Assembly: GCA_963707045.1 (NCBI GenBank)
Contig: CAVPOV010000017.1
Location: 14,871 to 78,870, forward strand
Reading direction: 5' to 3'
Source: an uncultured delta proteobacterium
Lineage (GTDB): Bacteria > Desulfobacterota > Deferrisomatia > Deferrisomatales > JACRMM01
DNA: 64,000 nucleotides
In this document: positions 10,223-28,075 of the stretch, one piece after another
How positions within the stretch are numbered: position 1 is the stretch's first letter
How the letters are laid out: every line of letters begins with the position of its first letter
Notes under the pieces: model-generated
Seen by the model: only the letters and a program-made list of their open reading frames with translations
Databases searched by the model: none
Told to the model about the DNA's origin: nothing
Position numbers and translations under genes: made by a program

Positions 10223-12642
10223 ATGGCAAAGGTTCGAGTTTTCGAAGCAGCCAAGGAGCACGGCTACGAGGTCCAGGACCTCCTGGGCGCCCTGGTGCAG
10301 GTCGGCGTCAAGGTGAGCAGCCACCTCAGCCCGGGAGGACGAGGCCGAGTCGGGCAAGGCCTCGACACCCTGGGGAAGTCCCGCCACGCAGAAGAGGGCT
10401 CCGGAGACCTCGGAGGCGGCGGCTCCGCCGAAGCCGGTGGTGCGCCGTCGCCGGAAGGCGGAGCGAGGACGCCGTGCCGGCGGAGGAGACCGTCGCGGTC
10501 GAGGCACCGCCTCCCGAGGAGCCCGTGGAGACCGTGCCCGAGGAGGAGCCCGGCGAACCCGAGGCTCCGCTCGCGGCGGAGGAAGCCGTACCTCCGGGCG
10601 AGGGGGAGACGGCGGAGGCAGCGGCCGCCCCGGCCGCCGAGGAGGAAACACCCGCCCCGGCCGGGGAGGAAGCACCCAAGGAGGAGTTCGGCCTCAAGGT
10701 GGTGCGCTTCATCCACCCCCCGGTGGAGGAGCGGCCGGCCACGGGCGCCCCACCTACCACATGAGCAAGAAGGAGCGGGAGGCTTCCCGCGCCGCCCGCA
10801 AGGCGCAAGAAGGGCCGCGGCCGAACCGAGGTGGAGAGGCCCGAGCCCCGGCGGGCTCTGCAGCAGACGCAGATCACGGTGCCGAAGGCCATCAAGCGCC
10901 GGATCCGGGTCAACGAGTTGATCGCCGTGTCGGAACTCGGCCAACGCATCGGGGTCAAGGCCACGGAACTGATCAAGCAGCTGATGTCGCTCGGCGTGCT
11001 GGTCACCATCAACCAGACGATCGACGCGGACACCGCGGCCCTGGTGGCGTCCGAGTTCGAGTACGAGGTGGAGAACATCGTCGTGGGCGAGGAGGAGATG
11101 CTCGCGCAGGTCGAGGACAAGGCCGAGGATCTCGTCCTGCGCTCGCCGGTGGTCACGGTCATGGGGCACGTGGACCACGGCAAGACCTCGCTGCTCGACC
11201 GCATCCGCAAGACCCGGGTCGCGGCCGGGGAGGCCGGCGGCATCACCCAGCACATCGGCGCCTACGCGGTGGATACCTACCGCGGGCCGCTGGTGTTCCT
11301 CGACACGCCCGGTCACGAGGCGTTCACGGCCCTGCGCGCCCGCGGCGCCAAGGTGACCGACATCACGGTGCTGGTGGTGGCTGCCAACGACGGCATCATG
11401 CCCCAGACGGTGGAGGCCATCGACCACTCGAAGGCCGCCGGCGTGCCGATCATCGTGGCGATCAACAAGATGGACAAGCCCGACGCCAACCCCGACCGGG
11501 TCAAGCGGGAGCTCACGGAGCACGACCTCGGCCCCGGAGGACTGGGGCGGCGACGTGATCTGCGTGCCGCTGTCGGCGAAGACGGGAACGGGCGTCGAGA
11601 ACCTCCTGGAGATGATCACCCTCCAGTCCGAGATCCTGGAACTCAAGGCCAACCCCGACAAGCCCGCCCAGGGCACGGTGGTCGAGGCCCGGGTCGACCG
11701 GGGCCGCGGCCGGTGGCCACCGTGCTGGTCCAGGAGGGCACCCTGCGGGTCGGCGACATCATCCTGGCCGGGATGCACTCGGGCCGGATCCGTGCGCTCA
11801 TCAGCGACCAGGGGAAGCGGCTCAAGGAGGCTCCCCCCAGCACCCCGGTGGAGGTCACGGGGCTCGACGGCGTGCCGAGCGCGGGGCAGCCCTTCCAGGT
11901 GGTGGACAGCGAGCGCATGGCGCGGGACATGGCCGGACGACGCGCGGAGAAGACCCGCGAGGAGGAGATGGGCAAGGCCCGGCGCGTCACCCTGGCGGAC
12001 TTCCAGACGCGCATCGCCGAGGGCGAGACGAAGGAGCTCCCGATCGTCATCAAGGCCGACGTGCAGGGCTCCGTCGAGGCCCTCAGCCAGTCGTTGGAGA
12101 AGCTCTCCAACTCCGAGGTGAAGGTGCGCGTCCTCCACGGAGCCGTGGGCGGCATCACGGAGAACGACGTCAACCTGGCGAGCGCCTCCAAGGCGATCGT
12201 GGTCGGGTTCAACGTGAGGCCGGAGGCCAAGGCCGCGGCCCTCGCCGACAACCAGGGCGTGGACATGCGCCTGTACAACGTCATCTACGACGCCACCGAC
12301 GACGTGAAGAAGGCCCTGGCCGGGCTCCTGGCCCCCACCGAGGAGGAGCGGGTCCTCGGGCGGGCCGAGGTGCGCCAGATCTTCCGCGTGCCCAAGATCG
12401 GCACGGTGGCGGGCTGCGCCGTGACCCAGGGGGTGGTGCAGCGCAACGCCCGCCTGCGGCTCCTGCGCGAGAGCGTCGTGGTCTACGAGGGCGAGCTCGC
12501 GAGCCTCAAGCGCTTCAAGGACGACGCGAAGGAGGTCCGCGAGGGCTTCGAGTGCGGCCTGTCCATCCAGAACTACAACGACGTGAAGGAGGGGGACGTG
12601 CTGGAGTTCTACGTGGTCGAGCAGGTGGCCCGGGAGCTCTAG
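10223..12642 (+). pseudogene. infB: Translation initiation factor IF-2, at least 6 frameshifts as sequenced
   Basis: The N-terminus [36 protein letters not shown] starts at 10223. The acidic/Pro-rich linker is in the frame of ORF 10033..10764. The G domain ([29 protein letters not shown]) and the C-terminus are in ORF 10831..12642, with an internal out-of-frame stretch rescued by ORF 11555..12121 ([18 protein letters not shown]). Frame switches are near 10330, 10463, 10745, 10798, 11530 and 11705. Confidence 0.9.
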
Positions 12643-12663
12643 CCGGCACGGGGACGTCGCGGC

Positions 12664-12951
12664 ATGGTGGTGGGCGTTGCGACCGTGGACCTCTATCTCC
12701 CCGAGGTGCACGGCCTCAAGGAGAAGCGCGGCATCGTCCGCCGGGTGGTCGAGCGCACCCGCAACCGCTTCCCCGTGTCGGTGGCGGAAGTCGACAACCT
12801 GGACCTGCACCAGAAGGCCACCATCGGGTTCGCCGTCGTCAGCAACGACGCCCGCCTGGCGGACTCGGTTCTCAACCGGGTCCTGGACTACATCGAGGAA
12901 CTCCACCTGGCCCAGGTCACCCGGGCCGACCTGGAGGTCCTCCACCTCTGA
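12664..12951 (+). CDS. DUF503 (YlxP-like) protein
   Basis: Track ORF 12664..12951 (VATVDLYLPEVHGLKEKRGIVRRV...). It has the conserved position between infB and rbfA and is intact. Confidence 0.85.
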   Translation: MVVGVATVDLYLPEVHGLKEKRGIVRRVVERTRNRFPVSVAEVDNLDLHQKATIGFAVVSNDARLADSVLNRVLDYIEELHLAQVTRADLEVLHL

Positions 12952-12961
12952 GCGACGAACG

Positions 12962-13324
12962 ATGCAGACCCGCCGCACCCAGCGCGTCGCGGACCTGATC
13001 CTCCAGGAGGCCGCGGGGATCCTCCAGAAGGACGTCAAGGATCCCCGCGTCGGCTTCGTCACCCTCACCGGCGTGACGGTGGCCGCCGACCTGCGGATCG
13101 CCAAGATCTTCTACACCGTGATGGGGGAGGAGGCCAACCGCGAGGCCAGCGCGCGGGGCCTCGCGAGCGCGACTCCCTTCGTGCGCCGGGAGATCGCCCA
13201 CCGCCTGCGCCTGCGGGCGGCCCCCGAGATCCGGTTCCTCTACGACGACTCCATCGAGAAGACCCTGCACCTGCAGGAGATGCTCGAAGAGATCTCCCAT
13301 GGCCCGGACGAAAGCGATCGCTGA
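12962..13324 (+). CDS. rbfA: Ribosome-binding factor A
   Basis: C-terminal 120 aa of track ORF 12677..13324 (MQTRRTQRVADLILQEAAGILQKDVKDPRVGFVTLTGVTVAADLRIAKIFY...). Confidence 0.9.
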   Translation: MQTRRTQRVADLILQEAAGILQKDVKDPRVGFVTLTGVTVAADLRIAKIFYTVMGEEANREASARGLASATPFVRREIAHRLRLRAAPEIRFLYDDSIEKTLHLQEMLEEISHGPDESDR

Positions 13325-14300
13325 GGTTCGCGACGCCCTGCTCTCGGGGCAGCGCTTCCTCATCCTCTCCCACCACAACCCCGACGGCGACGCCATCGGC
13401 TCGTCCATCGCCCTGGCCGCGGGCCTTTCGGCCCTGGGCAAGCGCTGCGACATCGCCAACGCCGACGGCGTGCCGATGAACCTGTCCTGGCTCCCCCTGG
13501 CGGAGCGGGTGCACCTCGCGCCCGAGGAGGGGGCCGGGTACGACCGGGTGGTCCTGCTCGACTGCGGGTCCCTCGAGCGCACCGGGTTCGGCGACGAGGT
13601 CCTGGGGCCGGAGCGGCACCTGGTCAACATCGACCACCACCCCGGCAACGACCGGTTCGGCTCCGCGAACCTGATCGACCCCGAGGCGTGCGCCACCGCG
13701 GAGCTCGTGTACGACGTGCTCCTGGCCCTGCCGGCCCCCATCGGCTTCACGGCGGCGAGCGGGATCTACACGGGCATCCTGACCGACACGGGCTGCTTCC
13801 GGTTCTCCAACGCCACCCCGCGGGCCTTCGAGATCGCGTCTCGGATGGTCTCCAAGGGGGTCGACCCGGCGTGGGTCGCCCAGATGGTCTTCGACCAGCA
13901 GCCCCTGGGCCGGCTTCGGCTGCTCGCACGGACCCTCGAGACGCTGGAACTCTCCCCCCGGGACAAGGTGGCGAGCGTGGTCGTGACCCGGGAGATGTTC
14001 CGGCAGACCCACACAGGCGTGGAGGACGTCGAGGGCTTCGCCAACTACGCCCGGTCCGTGTGCGGGGTGGAGGTCGGGATCCTCCTGCGCGAGGAGGGCC
14101 CCGGACGATACCGGCTCGCGCTGCGCTCCAAGGGGCGCGTGGACGTGGCCCGGATCGCGCGGGAACTGGGGGGGGGCGGCCACCGCAACGCGGCCGGGGC
14201 CACGGTGGAGGGAGACCTCCGGGAGTGGAAGCGCCGCATCTACGCCCGGGTCGAGGAGGCCCTCGACGAAGACATGCTCCAACGGCGCCAGGCCGGCTGA
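13299..14300 (+). CDS. nrnA: DHH-family phosphoesterase (NrnA-type oligoribonuclease / pAp phosphatase)
   Basis: Track ORF 13299..14300: [18 protein letters not shown] motif (NIDHHPGN), DHHA1 GGGH ([10 protein letters not shown]). It overlaps the rbfA end by 26 nt. Confidence 0.85.
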   Translation: MARTKAIAEVRDALLSGQRFLILSHHNPDGDAIGSSIALAAGLSALGKRCDIANADGVPMNLSWLPLAERVHLAPEEGAGYDRVVLLDCGSLERTGFGDEVLGPERHLVNIDHHPGNDRFGSANLIDPEACATAELVYDVLLALPAPIGFTAASGIYTGILTDTGCFRFSNATPRAFEIASRMVSKGVDPAWVAQMVFDQQPLGRLRLLARTLETLELSPRDKVASVVVTREMFRQTHTGVEDVEGFANYARSVCGVEVGILLREEGPGRYRLALRSKGRVDVARIARELGGGGHRNAAGATVEGDLREWKRRIYARVEEALDEDMLQRRQAG

Positions 14301-14303
14301 CCG

Positions 14304-15185
14304 GTGGCGGACGCCGGCCAGGGCCTTCTGGTCCTGGACAAACCGCCGGGGATCACCTCCCACGCCGCCGTCCAGCGGGTCCGGCGGGCCCTGGGCTGCC
14401 GCAGGGCCGGGCACGCGGGCACCCTCGACCCGCTCGCCACCGGGGTGCTCCTGGTTGGGCTGGGCGCCGCGACGCGGCTGCTGGAGTTCCTGGCCGGCCA
14501 CGACAAGCGCTACCGCGCCCGCATCCGCCTGGGAGAACGGCGGGACACCCTGGACCGGGAGGGCCGGGTGCTGGACACGCAGCCCGTGCCGCCCCTGACG
14601 CCGGAGCAGGTGGAGGGGGTCCTGGACCTCTGGCGCGGGGAGACCACCCAGGTTCCGCCCGCCTTCTCGGCCGTCAAGGTGGACGGTGTCCCGCTCCACC
14701 GCCGGGCCCGCCGGGGGGAGGCCGTGGTCGCGCCGACCCGCACCGTCACGGTCCATCGGCTCGAACTGCTCGAGATGGCCCTGCCGGACCTCGTCGTGGA
14801 CGTGGAGTGTTCGGCGGGCACCTACGTTCGCTCCCTGGCGCGCGACATCGGAGATGCCCTGGGCACGGGCGGCACGCTCTGGGAACTTCGACGGGTCCGG
14901 TCCGGGGCCTTCTCCGTGGACGAGGCGCACGCCCTGGACGCCCTGGAGGCCGCGGGCCCGGGAGCCTGGGACCGGGTCCTCCCGTCGGAGCGCATGGTCT
15001 GCGATCTGGCCCGCGTCGAGGTGCCGAGCGGAGACGCGCAGGCGCTGCGCCACGGGCGGGCGGTGGCCGCTCCCGGGGGTTCGGGCACGGTGGCCGCGTT
15101 CGACCCGGAGGGACGGCTCGTGGCGATCGCCGAGCGGGAGGCGGGGGTCCTGAAGCCCCGGAAGGTCTTCCTCGAGACGGCCTGA
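14304..15185 (+). CDS. truB: tRNA pseudouridine(55) synthase
   Basis: Track ORF 14304..15185 with a GTG start: [48 protein letters not shown]. Confidence 0.9.
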   Translation: MADAGQGLLVLDKPPGITSHAAVQRVRRALGCRRAGHAGTLDPLATGVLLVGLGAATRLLEFLAGHDKRYRARIRLGERRDTLDREGRVLDTQPVPPLTPEQVEGVLDLWRGETTQVPPAFSAVKVDGVPLHRRARRGEAVVAPTRTVTVHRLELLEMALPDLVVDVECSAGTYVRSLARDIGDALGTGGTLWELRRVRSGAFSVDEAHALDALEAAGPGAWDRVLPSERMVCDLARVEVPSGDAQALRHGRAVAAPGGSGTVAAFDPEGRLVAIAEREAGVLKPRKVFLETA

Positions 15186-15280
15186 GGACCGGGCCCGCTC
15201 GCCAACCCCCCGGCCTTCTCCGACCCCTTCCGACACCGGCGTCCGCCGCACGGGAGGGAGCGTCGGCCGGGTCGGGGCGC

Positions 15281-15310
15281 TTTACGGCCGGAGCCCCGTT
15301 GTGCTATAGA
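15281..15310 (+). promoter_or_regulatory. Candidate sigma-70 promoter of rpsO-pnp
   Basis: TTTACG-N18-TATAGA, with TG one nt upstream of the -10 (extended -10 type), about 90 nt upstream of the rpsO ATG. Confidence 0.4.
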
Positions 15311-15397
15311 GGCGGATCATTTCTACAACCGGCAGGCCCGACGACGAGGCCCGCCTACCCATCCCAAGCGGACGAGCGATCGAGGAGGATAGAAGTC

Positions 15398-15667
15398 ATG
15401 GTGATGACCGTGGAGAGGAAGCAGGAAGTCATCGATCAGTTCCAGCTGCACGAGGGCGACACGGGGTCCCCCGAGGTGCAGATCGCTCTCCTGAGCGAGC
15501 GGATCAGCTACCTGACGGAGCACTTCAAGAACCACAAGAAGGACCACTCCTCCCGTCGCGGCCTGCTCAAGCTCGTCGGCCAGCGGCGCCGCCTGCTCGA
15601 CTACCTGAAGAACAGCGACATCGAGCGGTACCGGAGCATCATCGACCGACTGGGCATCCGCAAGTAG
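15398..15667 (+). CDS. rpsO: 30S ribosomal protein S15
   Basis: C-terminal 89 aa of track ORF 13688..15667 ([65 protein letters not shown]). GAGGAGGA lies 8 nt upstream of the ATG. Confidence 0.95.
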   Translation: MVMTVERKQEVIDQFQLHEGDTGSPEVQIALLSERISYLTEHFKNHKKDHSSRRGLLKLVGQRRRLLDYLKNSDIERYRSIIDRLGIRK

Positions 15668-15726
15668 CCCCCCGAGGACGACCACTCGGCCTTAACCACC
15701 CACACTGAAGACGGGAGAGTGTCACT

Positions 15727-17915
<2,189 letters not shown>

Positions 17916-17945
17916 GGCAGGAACCCGGCAGCACGAAGCGACAGC

Positions 17946-17979
17946 GGGCTCGGCCTCTCGGCCGAGCCCGCGTCTTTTT
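17946..17979 (+). terminator. Rho-independent terminator after pnp
   Basis: GGGCTCGGCC-tctc-GGCCGAGCCC is a perfect 10-bp stem followed by GCGTCTTTTT, 30 nt after the pnp stop. Confidence 0.75.
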
Positions 17980-18006
17980 CCCCCGCAGCCCGGGGACGCG
18001 CCATCC

Positions 18007-18264
18007 CTACTTCTCCCGGGGCTTGCCTCCGAGCAGCGCGGCGGACTCCTTGCGCCACGCCGCCAACTCCAGGGGACAGTCCCTGTCGCCGCCCCCCCAG
18101 AACGGCCCCAGAGCCAGCAGGGCCCCGTCGGCCGTCTCCGGGCACTCCGGCGTCCGCTCCCGGCACGTCTTGCAGTTTCTCACAGCGCCACCTCCCTCGT
18201 CGAAAGTACCGACCGAACGGTAGGTCCACGCCGCCAGGGTCTCATTTCTGACTGTTTCGGTCAA
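18007..18264 (-). CDS. Small Cys-containing hypothetical protein (85 aa; possibly 58 aa from the GTG at 18183)
   Basis: Track ORF 18007..18264 has natural composition (..[47 protein letters not shown]..). An internal GTG at 18183 has GGAGG 6 nt upstream, whereas the TTG at 18264 has no clear RBS. It is the last gene of the dut operon. Confidence 0.35.
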   Translation of the reverse strand: MTETVRNETLAAWTYRSVGTFDEGGGAVRNCKTCRERTPECPETADGALLALGPFWGGGDRDCPLELAAWRKESAALLGGKPREK

Positions 18265-18304
18265 CGGGGGAGGGCTCTCCGGCGCACGCGGGGCTCCCGG
18301 CCGG

Positions 18305-18769
18305 TCACCCCCGGCCGGTGTGGCCGAAGCCCCCCGCCCCCCGCGCCGAGGTCACGGAGAACTCCTCCACCACCTCCAACTCCGCCTGGACCACCGGCAC
18401 GAAGACCATCTGGCAGATGCGGTCCCCGGGGTGGATCGTGAACGGTTCGGTGCCCCGGTTCCACACCCCGATGCCGATCTCCCCGTGGTAGTCGGAGTCG
18501 ATCAGCCCCACGAGGTTCGAGAGCACGAGGCCGTGCCGCATGCCCAGTCCGGAGCGGGGGATCACCACCGCCGCCAGACCGGGATCGACGATGTGGACGG
18601 CGAGGCCGCTCGGGACGAGGCGGGTTTCCCCGGGCGCCAGGGTGAAAGGCTCCTCGATGCACGCCCGCAGGTCCAGCCCGGCGGCGCCGTCGGTGGCGTA
18701 GCACGGCAGCGGGATCCGGGTCCCGAGGAGCGGGTTGACGATCTTCGCTTCGACCCTGCGGGCGGTCAT
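18305..18769 (-). CDS. dut: dUTP diphosphatase
   Basis: C-terminal 154 aa of track ORF 18305..20404 ([53 protein letters not shown]). Confidence 0.9.
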   Translation of the reverse strand: MTARRVEAKIVNPLLGTRIPLPCYATDGAAGLDLRACIEEPFTLAPGETRLVPSGLAVHIVDPGLAAVVIPRSGLGMRHGLVLSNLVGLIDSDYHGEIGIGVWNRGTEPFTIHPGDRICQMVFVPVVQAELEVVEEFSVTSARGAGGFGHTGRG

Positions 18770-18792
18770 GGCGTTCGGAGCACGGCCTGCCG

Positions 18793-20313
18793 TCATCGCG
18801 GCAGCGGGCTCCGGCGGCCAGCCAGGCTTCGCAGGCGCTGCACGAGGACCCGGGCACGGGCCGGCTTGGCCACGCACGCATCGGCACCGGCCAGCCGCCA
18901 GGCCGAGGACTCGAGGGCGCCTGCCGTGCTGTAGGCGACGATCGCGGGGCCCTCGGGGCCGGCCGCGGCCCGCAGGGCCCGAATTAGGTCCACGCCGCCC
19001 GCCTCGGGGAGCCGGGGCTCCACGACGCACCCCGCCCAGGCGCCCGCCGCCCAGTGCCGCAGGGCGTCGGGCGCCGTGCGGACCCGGACGATGTCGTAGG
19101 CCACCTGCAGCGCCTCCTCCAGGATCCGGCCGCCCTCGGGGTCGGGGTCCAGGACGAGCACGCGGCTCCTCACCGACTCCGCCCGGGCCGCCACGGGCCT
19201 CTCCGCCCGCGTCGGAAGCCACACGTGGAACCGCGCGCCGGGGAGCGCCACCGGGTCCCGGCCCCGGCCCTCCGCCCACGCCTCCCCGCCGTGGGCCCGG
19301 GCCAGGCCGCGCACCAGGGACAGGCCCAGGCCCAAGCCGGCCGCGCCGAACTCGAAGTCGCCGCTGTGATGCTCCGCGAGCCGCCCCAGGCTCCCGAACC
19401 GCTCGAACAACGCCTCGGCGGCGGGCCCCTGGGGGACCCCGATGCCCGAGTCCTCCACGGTCAGCCGCACGCCCGGCTTCCCGCCGCGCTCCTCGGCCCG
19501 GGCCGACACCGCCACCCGCCCGCCGTCCGGGGTGGCCCGGACCGCGTTCTGCAGAAGCTCCAGGAGCAGGTCCCGCCCGGCGTCGGGGTCCAGTTGCACC
19601 GGCGGGAGCGCCTCGGGCACCTCGGCGGACCAGAGCAACTCCCTCCCCTCCGCCAGGGACTCGGCCTCCGAGAGGCAGCGCTCCACCCAGCGGGCCGTGT
19701 CCACGGGTTGGGGCGTGTAGGCCGCCGCCCAGTCGGTGCGCCCCTCCTCGGTGATCTTCCGGAACAGGCCCGCGAGCCGGTTCGCCCCCGCGGCGATGCG
19801 GCGCACCCAGTCCCTCGTGCGAGGAGTGAGCGGGATGTCGGAGCGGTCGAGGATCAGTTCCGCGTAGCCCTTGATGCTCACCAGGGGCGTCTTGAACTCG
19901 TGGGAGAGACGGCTCAGCGCGTCCACGGCGCTCTGGGCGGCCTCGGACCCGGGCGAAGCCTGGGCGCCGAGCCGGCGCAGCAGCGCCCCCCGCAGCAGCG
20001 GGTCGTCCACGAGGCCCCGGGGCGCTTCGCCCCTTCCCGTGAGCACGGCGCAGAACGACCACCCTTCCCCGGCGGCCGCCAGCGCCCAGCCCGTCCCCGG
20101 GGGCAGGCACCCCGACGGGGGCACCTCGCCCACGGCGCCCCCCTCGTGGAGCGACACCGCCCCCGCCAGGCGGAACCAGAACGGGTCCTCCGCCGGGTGC
20201 AGGGGCCGCGACGCCGCCTCCTGCAGCGACGGCGGGAGGTCGCTCGACAGGACCAGCCGGAGGCCCCCTCCCGGAGACCCCGCGAACAGCAGGAGGTGCT
20301 CCGCTCCCGTCAC
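18793..20313 (-). CDS. Cytoplasmic sensor histidine kinase with a degenerate C-terminal receiver-like domain
   Basis: Track ORF 18793..20313: H-box [19 protein letters not shown]-box [11 protein letters not shown]-box region DSGIGV...GLGLGLSLV. The C-terminal 120 aa resemble a receiver, but the acidic pocket reads LDPDPE and the phospho-Asp position reads VVEP. Confidence 0.8.
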   Translation of the reverse strand: MTGAEHLLLFAGSPGGGLRLVLSSDLPPSLQEAASRPLHPAEDPFWFRLAGAVSLHEGGAVGEVPPSGCLPPGTGWALAAAGEGWSFCAVLTGRGEAPRGLVDDPLLRGALLRRLGAQASPGSEAAQSAVDALSRLSHEFKTPLVSIKGYAELILDRSDIPLTPRTRDWVRRIAAGANRLAGLFRKITEEGRTDWAAAYTPQPVDTARWVERCLSEAESLAEGRELLWSAEVPEALPPVQLDPDAGRDLLLELLQNAVRATPDGGRVAVSARAEERGGKPGVRLTVEDSGIGVPQGPAAEALFERFGSLGRLAEHHSGDFEFGAAGLGLGLSLVRGLARAHGGEAWAEGRGRDPVALPGARFHVWLPTRAERPVAARAESVRSRVLVLDPDPEGGRILEEALQVAYDIVRVRTAPDALRHWAAGAWAGCVVEPRLPEAGGVDLIRALRAAAGPEGPAIVAYSTAGALESSAWRLAGADACVAKPARARVLVQRLRSLAGRRSPLPR

Positions 20314-20400
20314 CGCCAGCAGCCGTTCGACGAACCCCTCGCCGCGGCGCGACTCGAGATCCAGCAGCCCCCTTCCACCCCTCTCGCTCCGCCGGGCGGC

Positions 20401-21093
20401 TCACGGCTCCGCCTCGAGGTCGAGAATGTCGATCCCCCCGGGGTAGCCGGTGGTGCGGTAGCTGGTGAGGCGCTGGATCTTGCGCACCTCCGCGGCCACC
20501 TTCTCCAGGCTGCGCCGGATGACGTCGAGATCGTCGGCCCGGGCGGGGGCCTCCCCCGGCGGCAGGGACAGGGCCTCGATCTTGAGCAGCGCGACGGTGA
20601 GCGGCTGGTTCAGCGCGTGGGCGATGCCGCCGGCCGTTTCGACCAGGACCCGGAGCCGCTCCCGCTGGACCGACGCGTCCCGCGCCTTCTCCAGTTCGAG
20701 GAAGAGCCCGCGCAGCCTCAGCGCCGAGCGGACCCGCGCCTTCAGTTCGGCCAGGTGGAACGGCTTGACCACGTAGTCGGTCGCCCCGGCCTCGAGGCCG
20801 GCCACCACGTCCTCGCTGCGGCTGCGGGCCGTCAGGAGGATCACCGGAACCTGCTCGAACTCGGCCCGGCCCTTGAGGCGGTGGAGCACGTCGATGCCCC
20901 CCATGCCGGGCATCATCACGTCGAGGATGAGCAGGTCCGGAAGCAGGCCCCCTTCGATGCGGGCCAGGGCCTGGAGTCCCCCTTCCGCGCCCTGCAAGCG
21001 GACGGGCTCGTCCTCCAGGATGGCCTCCATCAGGGGAAGGATCGCGGGGTCGTCGTCGACGACCAGGACGAGGGAGCGGTCCGGTCCGGTCAC
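20401..21093 (-). CDS. Response regulator: receiver + C-terminal DHp/HisKA-like helix domain, no ATPase domain
   Basis: C-terminal 230 aa of track ORF 20401..21846: LVLVVDDD...[12 protein letters not shown]...YVVKPF, followed by a coiled region with the H-box-like [11 protein letters not shown]. The GTG start at 21093 is 1 nt after the cytochrome stop. Confidence 0.8.
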   Translation of the reverse strand: MTGPDRSLVLVVDDDPAILPLMEAILEDEPVRLQGAEGGLQALARIEGGLLPDLLILDVMMPGMGGIDVLHRLKGRAEFEQVPVILLTARSRSEDVVAGLEAGATDYVVKPFHLAELKARVRSALRLRGLFLELEKARDASVQRERLRVLVETAGGIAHALNQPLTVALLKIEALSLPPGEAPARADDLDVIRRSLEKVAAEVRKIQRLTSYRTTGYPGGIDILDLEAEP

Positions 21094-21094
21094 G

Positions 21095-22276
21095 CTACCT
21101 CCAGGCACCCAGGGCCTCGGCGGCCCAGGCGGGTCCCCGGTCGCCGTGGCACGAGACGGTGCAGCTGTCGGGCGCCCGCTGGGTCGAGGCGGACGCCGGG
21201 GGCCGGAACCGGAAGGTGTGGGACCTCGTCCGGGCCAGCCCGGAGCCGCCCGAGAGGGCGGCCATGTGGCAGTCCAGACAGTCGGCCTTGCCCTCCGGAT
21301 GGGCCGTGTGGGCCCGAACGGCCGCGAGGACCTCCCCGTGGCAGTCGTCGCACACGTCGTCGGTCCTGCGCCGCAGGCTCCGGGGGTGTTCGGACCCGTG
21401 GGGCAGGTGGCACGTGGTGCAGGTGAGCCCCACCCGGTAGTGGCCGCTCTGGACGAAGCCCTGGTACTCCATGAAGGGAAGACGCTCCGTGCCGTCCCCC
21501 CAGAAGAGTTCCGTGACCACGCCCGGCTCCGGCCGGCCGACCTCCAGGACCCTGTCCAACGGGTCGCCGGGATGGAACCCGACGGGGTAGGGCCTGCCGG
21601 TGGCCCGGTCGCGGCCCCGGGCGTGGCACGCGCCGCAGACCTCGGAGCGCCGCCGGGGCTCGAGGTTGGTGGGGTCGAGGATCGGTCCCCGGCCGCCGGC
21701 CTCGACGTGGGCCTGGCCCGGTCCGTGGCACGCCGCGCACCCCGCGTTGGCCTCCTCGAAGGTGCCGTCCCTGGGGTCGAACCCCGTCGTGTGGCACCCG
21801 GCGCACCCGTCCTCCCACGTGAGGCGGCTCTCGACGACCTCCGCAAGGCTCGGCCGAAGCGCCTCCCACCGGTCCTCGTGGTGGTTCCACTCGGCGGGGA
21901 GGAGCCGGTGGCCGTCGGGGTCGCGCCGGAAGTACACCTGCACGTCGAGCAGCCCGTAGGCCAGGGCCACGTCTTCCCCCCGGAAACGGCCTTCGACGTG
22001 TTCCCCCCACCCCGGCACGCCCTCCCCGAAGCGGGCCGCCACGAAGCGGCGGTCCGTGGCCGGGTCGACCAGGAAGTGGCTGTGGGAGTGGCGGATCCAC
22101 AGGGCGAACTCGGGGCTGTGGCACCCCCCGCAGCGCCGCGAGGCGCTCTGGGCGACCCCCGAGGCGAGGGTGACGCGGCTGACGCCCACGTGGGGCGCGT
22201 CCGCCCCGGACGGGGCGGCGAGAGCCCCCACCACGAGGAGCGCCGCGACCCCGACGCACCGGGCCCCGCCGGCCAT
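21095..22276 (-). CDS. Periplasmic multihaem c-type cytochrome (7 CXXCH + 1 CX3CH), 393 aa
   Basis: Track ORF 21095..22645. The real start is [27 protein letters not shown] (ATG at 22276). Haem motifs are CGGCH, CAGCH, CAACH, CGACH, CTTCH, CDDCH and CLDCH, plus CTVSCH. Confidence 0.85.
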   Translation of the reverse strand: MAGGARCVGVAALLVVGALAAPSGADAPHVGVSRVTLASGVAQSASRRCGGCHSPEFALWIRHSHSHFLVDPATDRRFVAARFGEGVPGWGEHVEGRFRGEDVALAYGLLDVQVYFRRDPDGHRLLPAEWNHHEDRWEALRPSLAEVVESRLTWEDGCAGCHTTGFDPRDGTFEEANAGCAACHGPGQAHVEAGGRGPILDPTNLEPRRRSEVCGACHARGRDRATGRPYPVGFHPGDPLDRVLEVGRPEPGVVTELFWGDGTERLPFMEYQGFVQSGHYRVGLTCTTCHLPHGSEHPRSLRRRTDDVCDDCHGEVLAAVRAHTAHPEGKADCLDCHMAALSGGSGLARTRSHTFRFRPPASASTQRAPDSCTVSCHGDRGPAWAAEALGAWR

Positions 22277-22284
22277 CCCGCCCG

Positions 22285-25009
<2,725 letters not shown>

Positions 25010-25077
25010 CCCGCTCCTCCGTTGTGAATGTAGGGGCGACCGCCGGGGGACCCCTCAGCCGTCGCGACGGCTCCGCG

Positions 25078-27148
25078 TCACCCGACCCTCGCGAAATCCG
25101 CCACGGTGCGAAACAGTGCGGCCACGGAGCCCAGGAGCGCCAGCCGGTTCGCCCGGACCGCCGGGTCGTCCGCCATGACCAGCACGGCGTCGAAGAAGGC
25201 GTCCACGGCCGCCTTGAGCTGCGCCGCCGTGGCCAGGAAATCCCCGTAGGCGCCCCGGGCGGCGGCCGACTCCATGGCGCCCCTCACCGCCTCGTAGACG
25301 CGCCACAGGTCCCGTTCCGCATCGACCTCGAAGCGCTCGGGCGCGGGGGTCCCCGTCTCCTGCCCCTTGAGGATGTTCGCCACCCGCTTGAAGGTCTCCG
25401 CCAGGGGAGCGAGTTCACCGCTCCGGCGGGCCTCCTCCAGGGTGCGCACCCGAGCCCGCGCGTCCACCGGGTCGTCGAAGCCCGCGTCGAGCGCCGCCGC
25501 GACGAGGTCCCCGGAGAGGCCGGCCTGGGCGAAGAGGCCCTCCAGGCGGCCCCGGAAGAAGGAGAGCACGTCGCGCCGCACCTCGGCCGCGTCCCGGGTC
25601 AGCTTGGCGCCGAGCTCCTCGAGGGCCTGGTCGACCAGCCACCCGAGGGGCAGCCGGTACCCCTTCTCGTCGAGGATCCGCAGCACGCCGAGCGTCTGGC
25701 GGCGCAGCGCATAGGGGTCCGCCGTGCCGGTGGGGATGAGGCCGACACCGAAGCACCCGACGATGGTGTCGAGCTTGTCGGCGACCCCCACGGCCTGTGC
25801 CTCGGGGTCCGAGGGCAGGGGCCCTCCGGCCTGGACCGGCCAGTAGTGCTCCTCGATCCCCCGCGCCACGACCGGGTCCTCCCCCGCCCGCGGCGCGTAC
25901 TCCCGCCCGACGACGCCCTGCAGTTCCGGGAACTCCCCCACCATCAGGGTCACCAGGTCGGCCTTGCAGAGGACGGGCGATGCGGTCCACGGCGGCGCCG
26001 GTCGGAGCAGATCCGCCGCCGCGATCTTGGCTGCCAGCGCCCGGAAGCGCTCCATCTTCTCGTGGCTGGTGCCGAGCTTCGACTGGAACACGACCTTCTT
26101 GAGGCCCTCGGCGTGGGCTCGAGGGTCTTCTTCTGGTCCTCGTCGAAGAAGAAGCGGCGTCGGCCAGGCGGGCCCGCAGCACCCGCTCGTTGCCCCGCGC
26201 CACCACCGCCAGGTCCCGCGCCCGGTGTTGGAGACCGTGACGAAGTGGTTGAGGAGCTTGCCGGCGTCGTCCACCACGGCGAAGTACTTCTGGTGGGTCT
26301 TCATGGTGAGGATCAGCAGTTCCCGGGGCAGCTCCAGGTACGTCGCCTCGAAGCTGCCCGACGACCGCGCACCGGGTCTTCCACGAGGTAGGTCACCGTC
26401 TCCAGCAGGTCGTCGTCGGGCACCAGCTCGTCCGCCCGCCGAGCGCGCGGCCTCCTTCACCTGGCGGGCGATGCTGCCCCGCGCTCCGCCGGGTCCAGGA
26501 CGACGCCGGCGTCGCCGATCTTGCGGAAGTAGTCCTCCGCGTCCTCACCTCGAAGGGTTCGGGGCGTGGAACCGGTGGCCGCGGCTCGAGCGCCGCCGCT
26601 GGCCGACGCCCGCGAAGGCGAAGGGCACCACCTCGCCGCCTAGGAGGCGAGGACCCAGTGCACCGGGCGGGCGAACGCGCGCCTCCGGCCCCCCAGCGCA
26701 TGGACTTGCGGAAGGGGAGCCTGGCGATCCAGGCCGGGCGCCAGCCCGGCGAGCACTTCGGCGGCCGGTCGGCCCGCCAGTTCCTTCGTCGCGGCGCCGA
26801 GGTACTCCCCTCGGGGCGTCTGGACCCGCAGCAGGTCCGGTCACCTCGACGCCGTTGGCGCGCGCGAACCCCTCGGCGGCCTGGTGGGGTTGCCGTCGGC
26901 GTCGAACGCGGCCGACACGGGACGGGCCGACCTTCTCCTCGACGACGTCCTCCTGCCGCGACGCCACGCCGCCGACGCAGGACGAGACGCCGCGGGGTGC
27001 CCAGGGCCCGGACCGCTCCGACAGGCCAGACGAGTTCGTCCTCCAGGCCCGTCCCGGGCCAACGCTGCCAGCTGCCTCCAGCGCCGGCGGCAGGAAGCCC
27101 GCCAGGGATCTCCTCGGTGCCGACCTCCAGGATCAGGTCTGTCGCCAT
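25078..27148 (-). pseudogene. glyS: Glycine--tRNA ligase beta subunit, several frame changes as sequenced
   Basis: The N-terminus [15 protein letters not shown] is at 27148 (ORF 26393..27148). The long C-terminal part is in ORF 25078..26460 (ELLILTMKTHQKYFAVVD...ADPYALRR...ANRLALL). The middle pieces are in other frames (ORF 26545..26967). Confidence 0.85.
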
Positions 27149-27151
27149 GGC

Positions 27152-28058
<907 letters not shown>

Positions 28059-28075
28059 GGTCTCACTCCTTCGGA

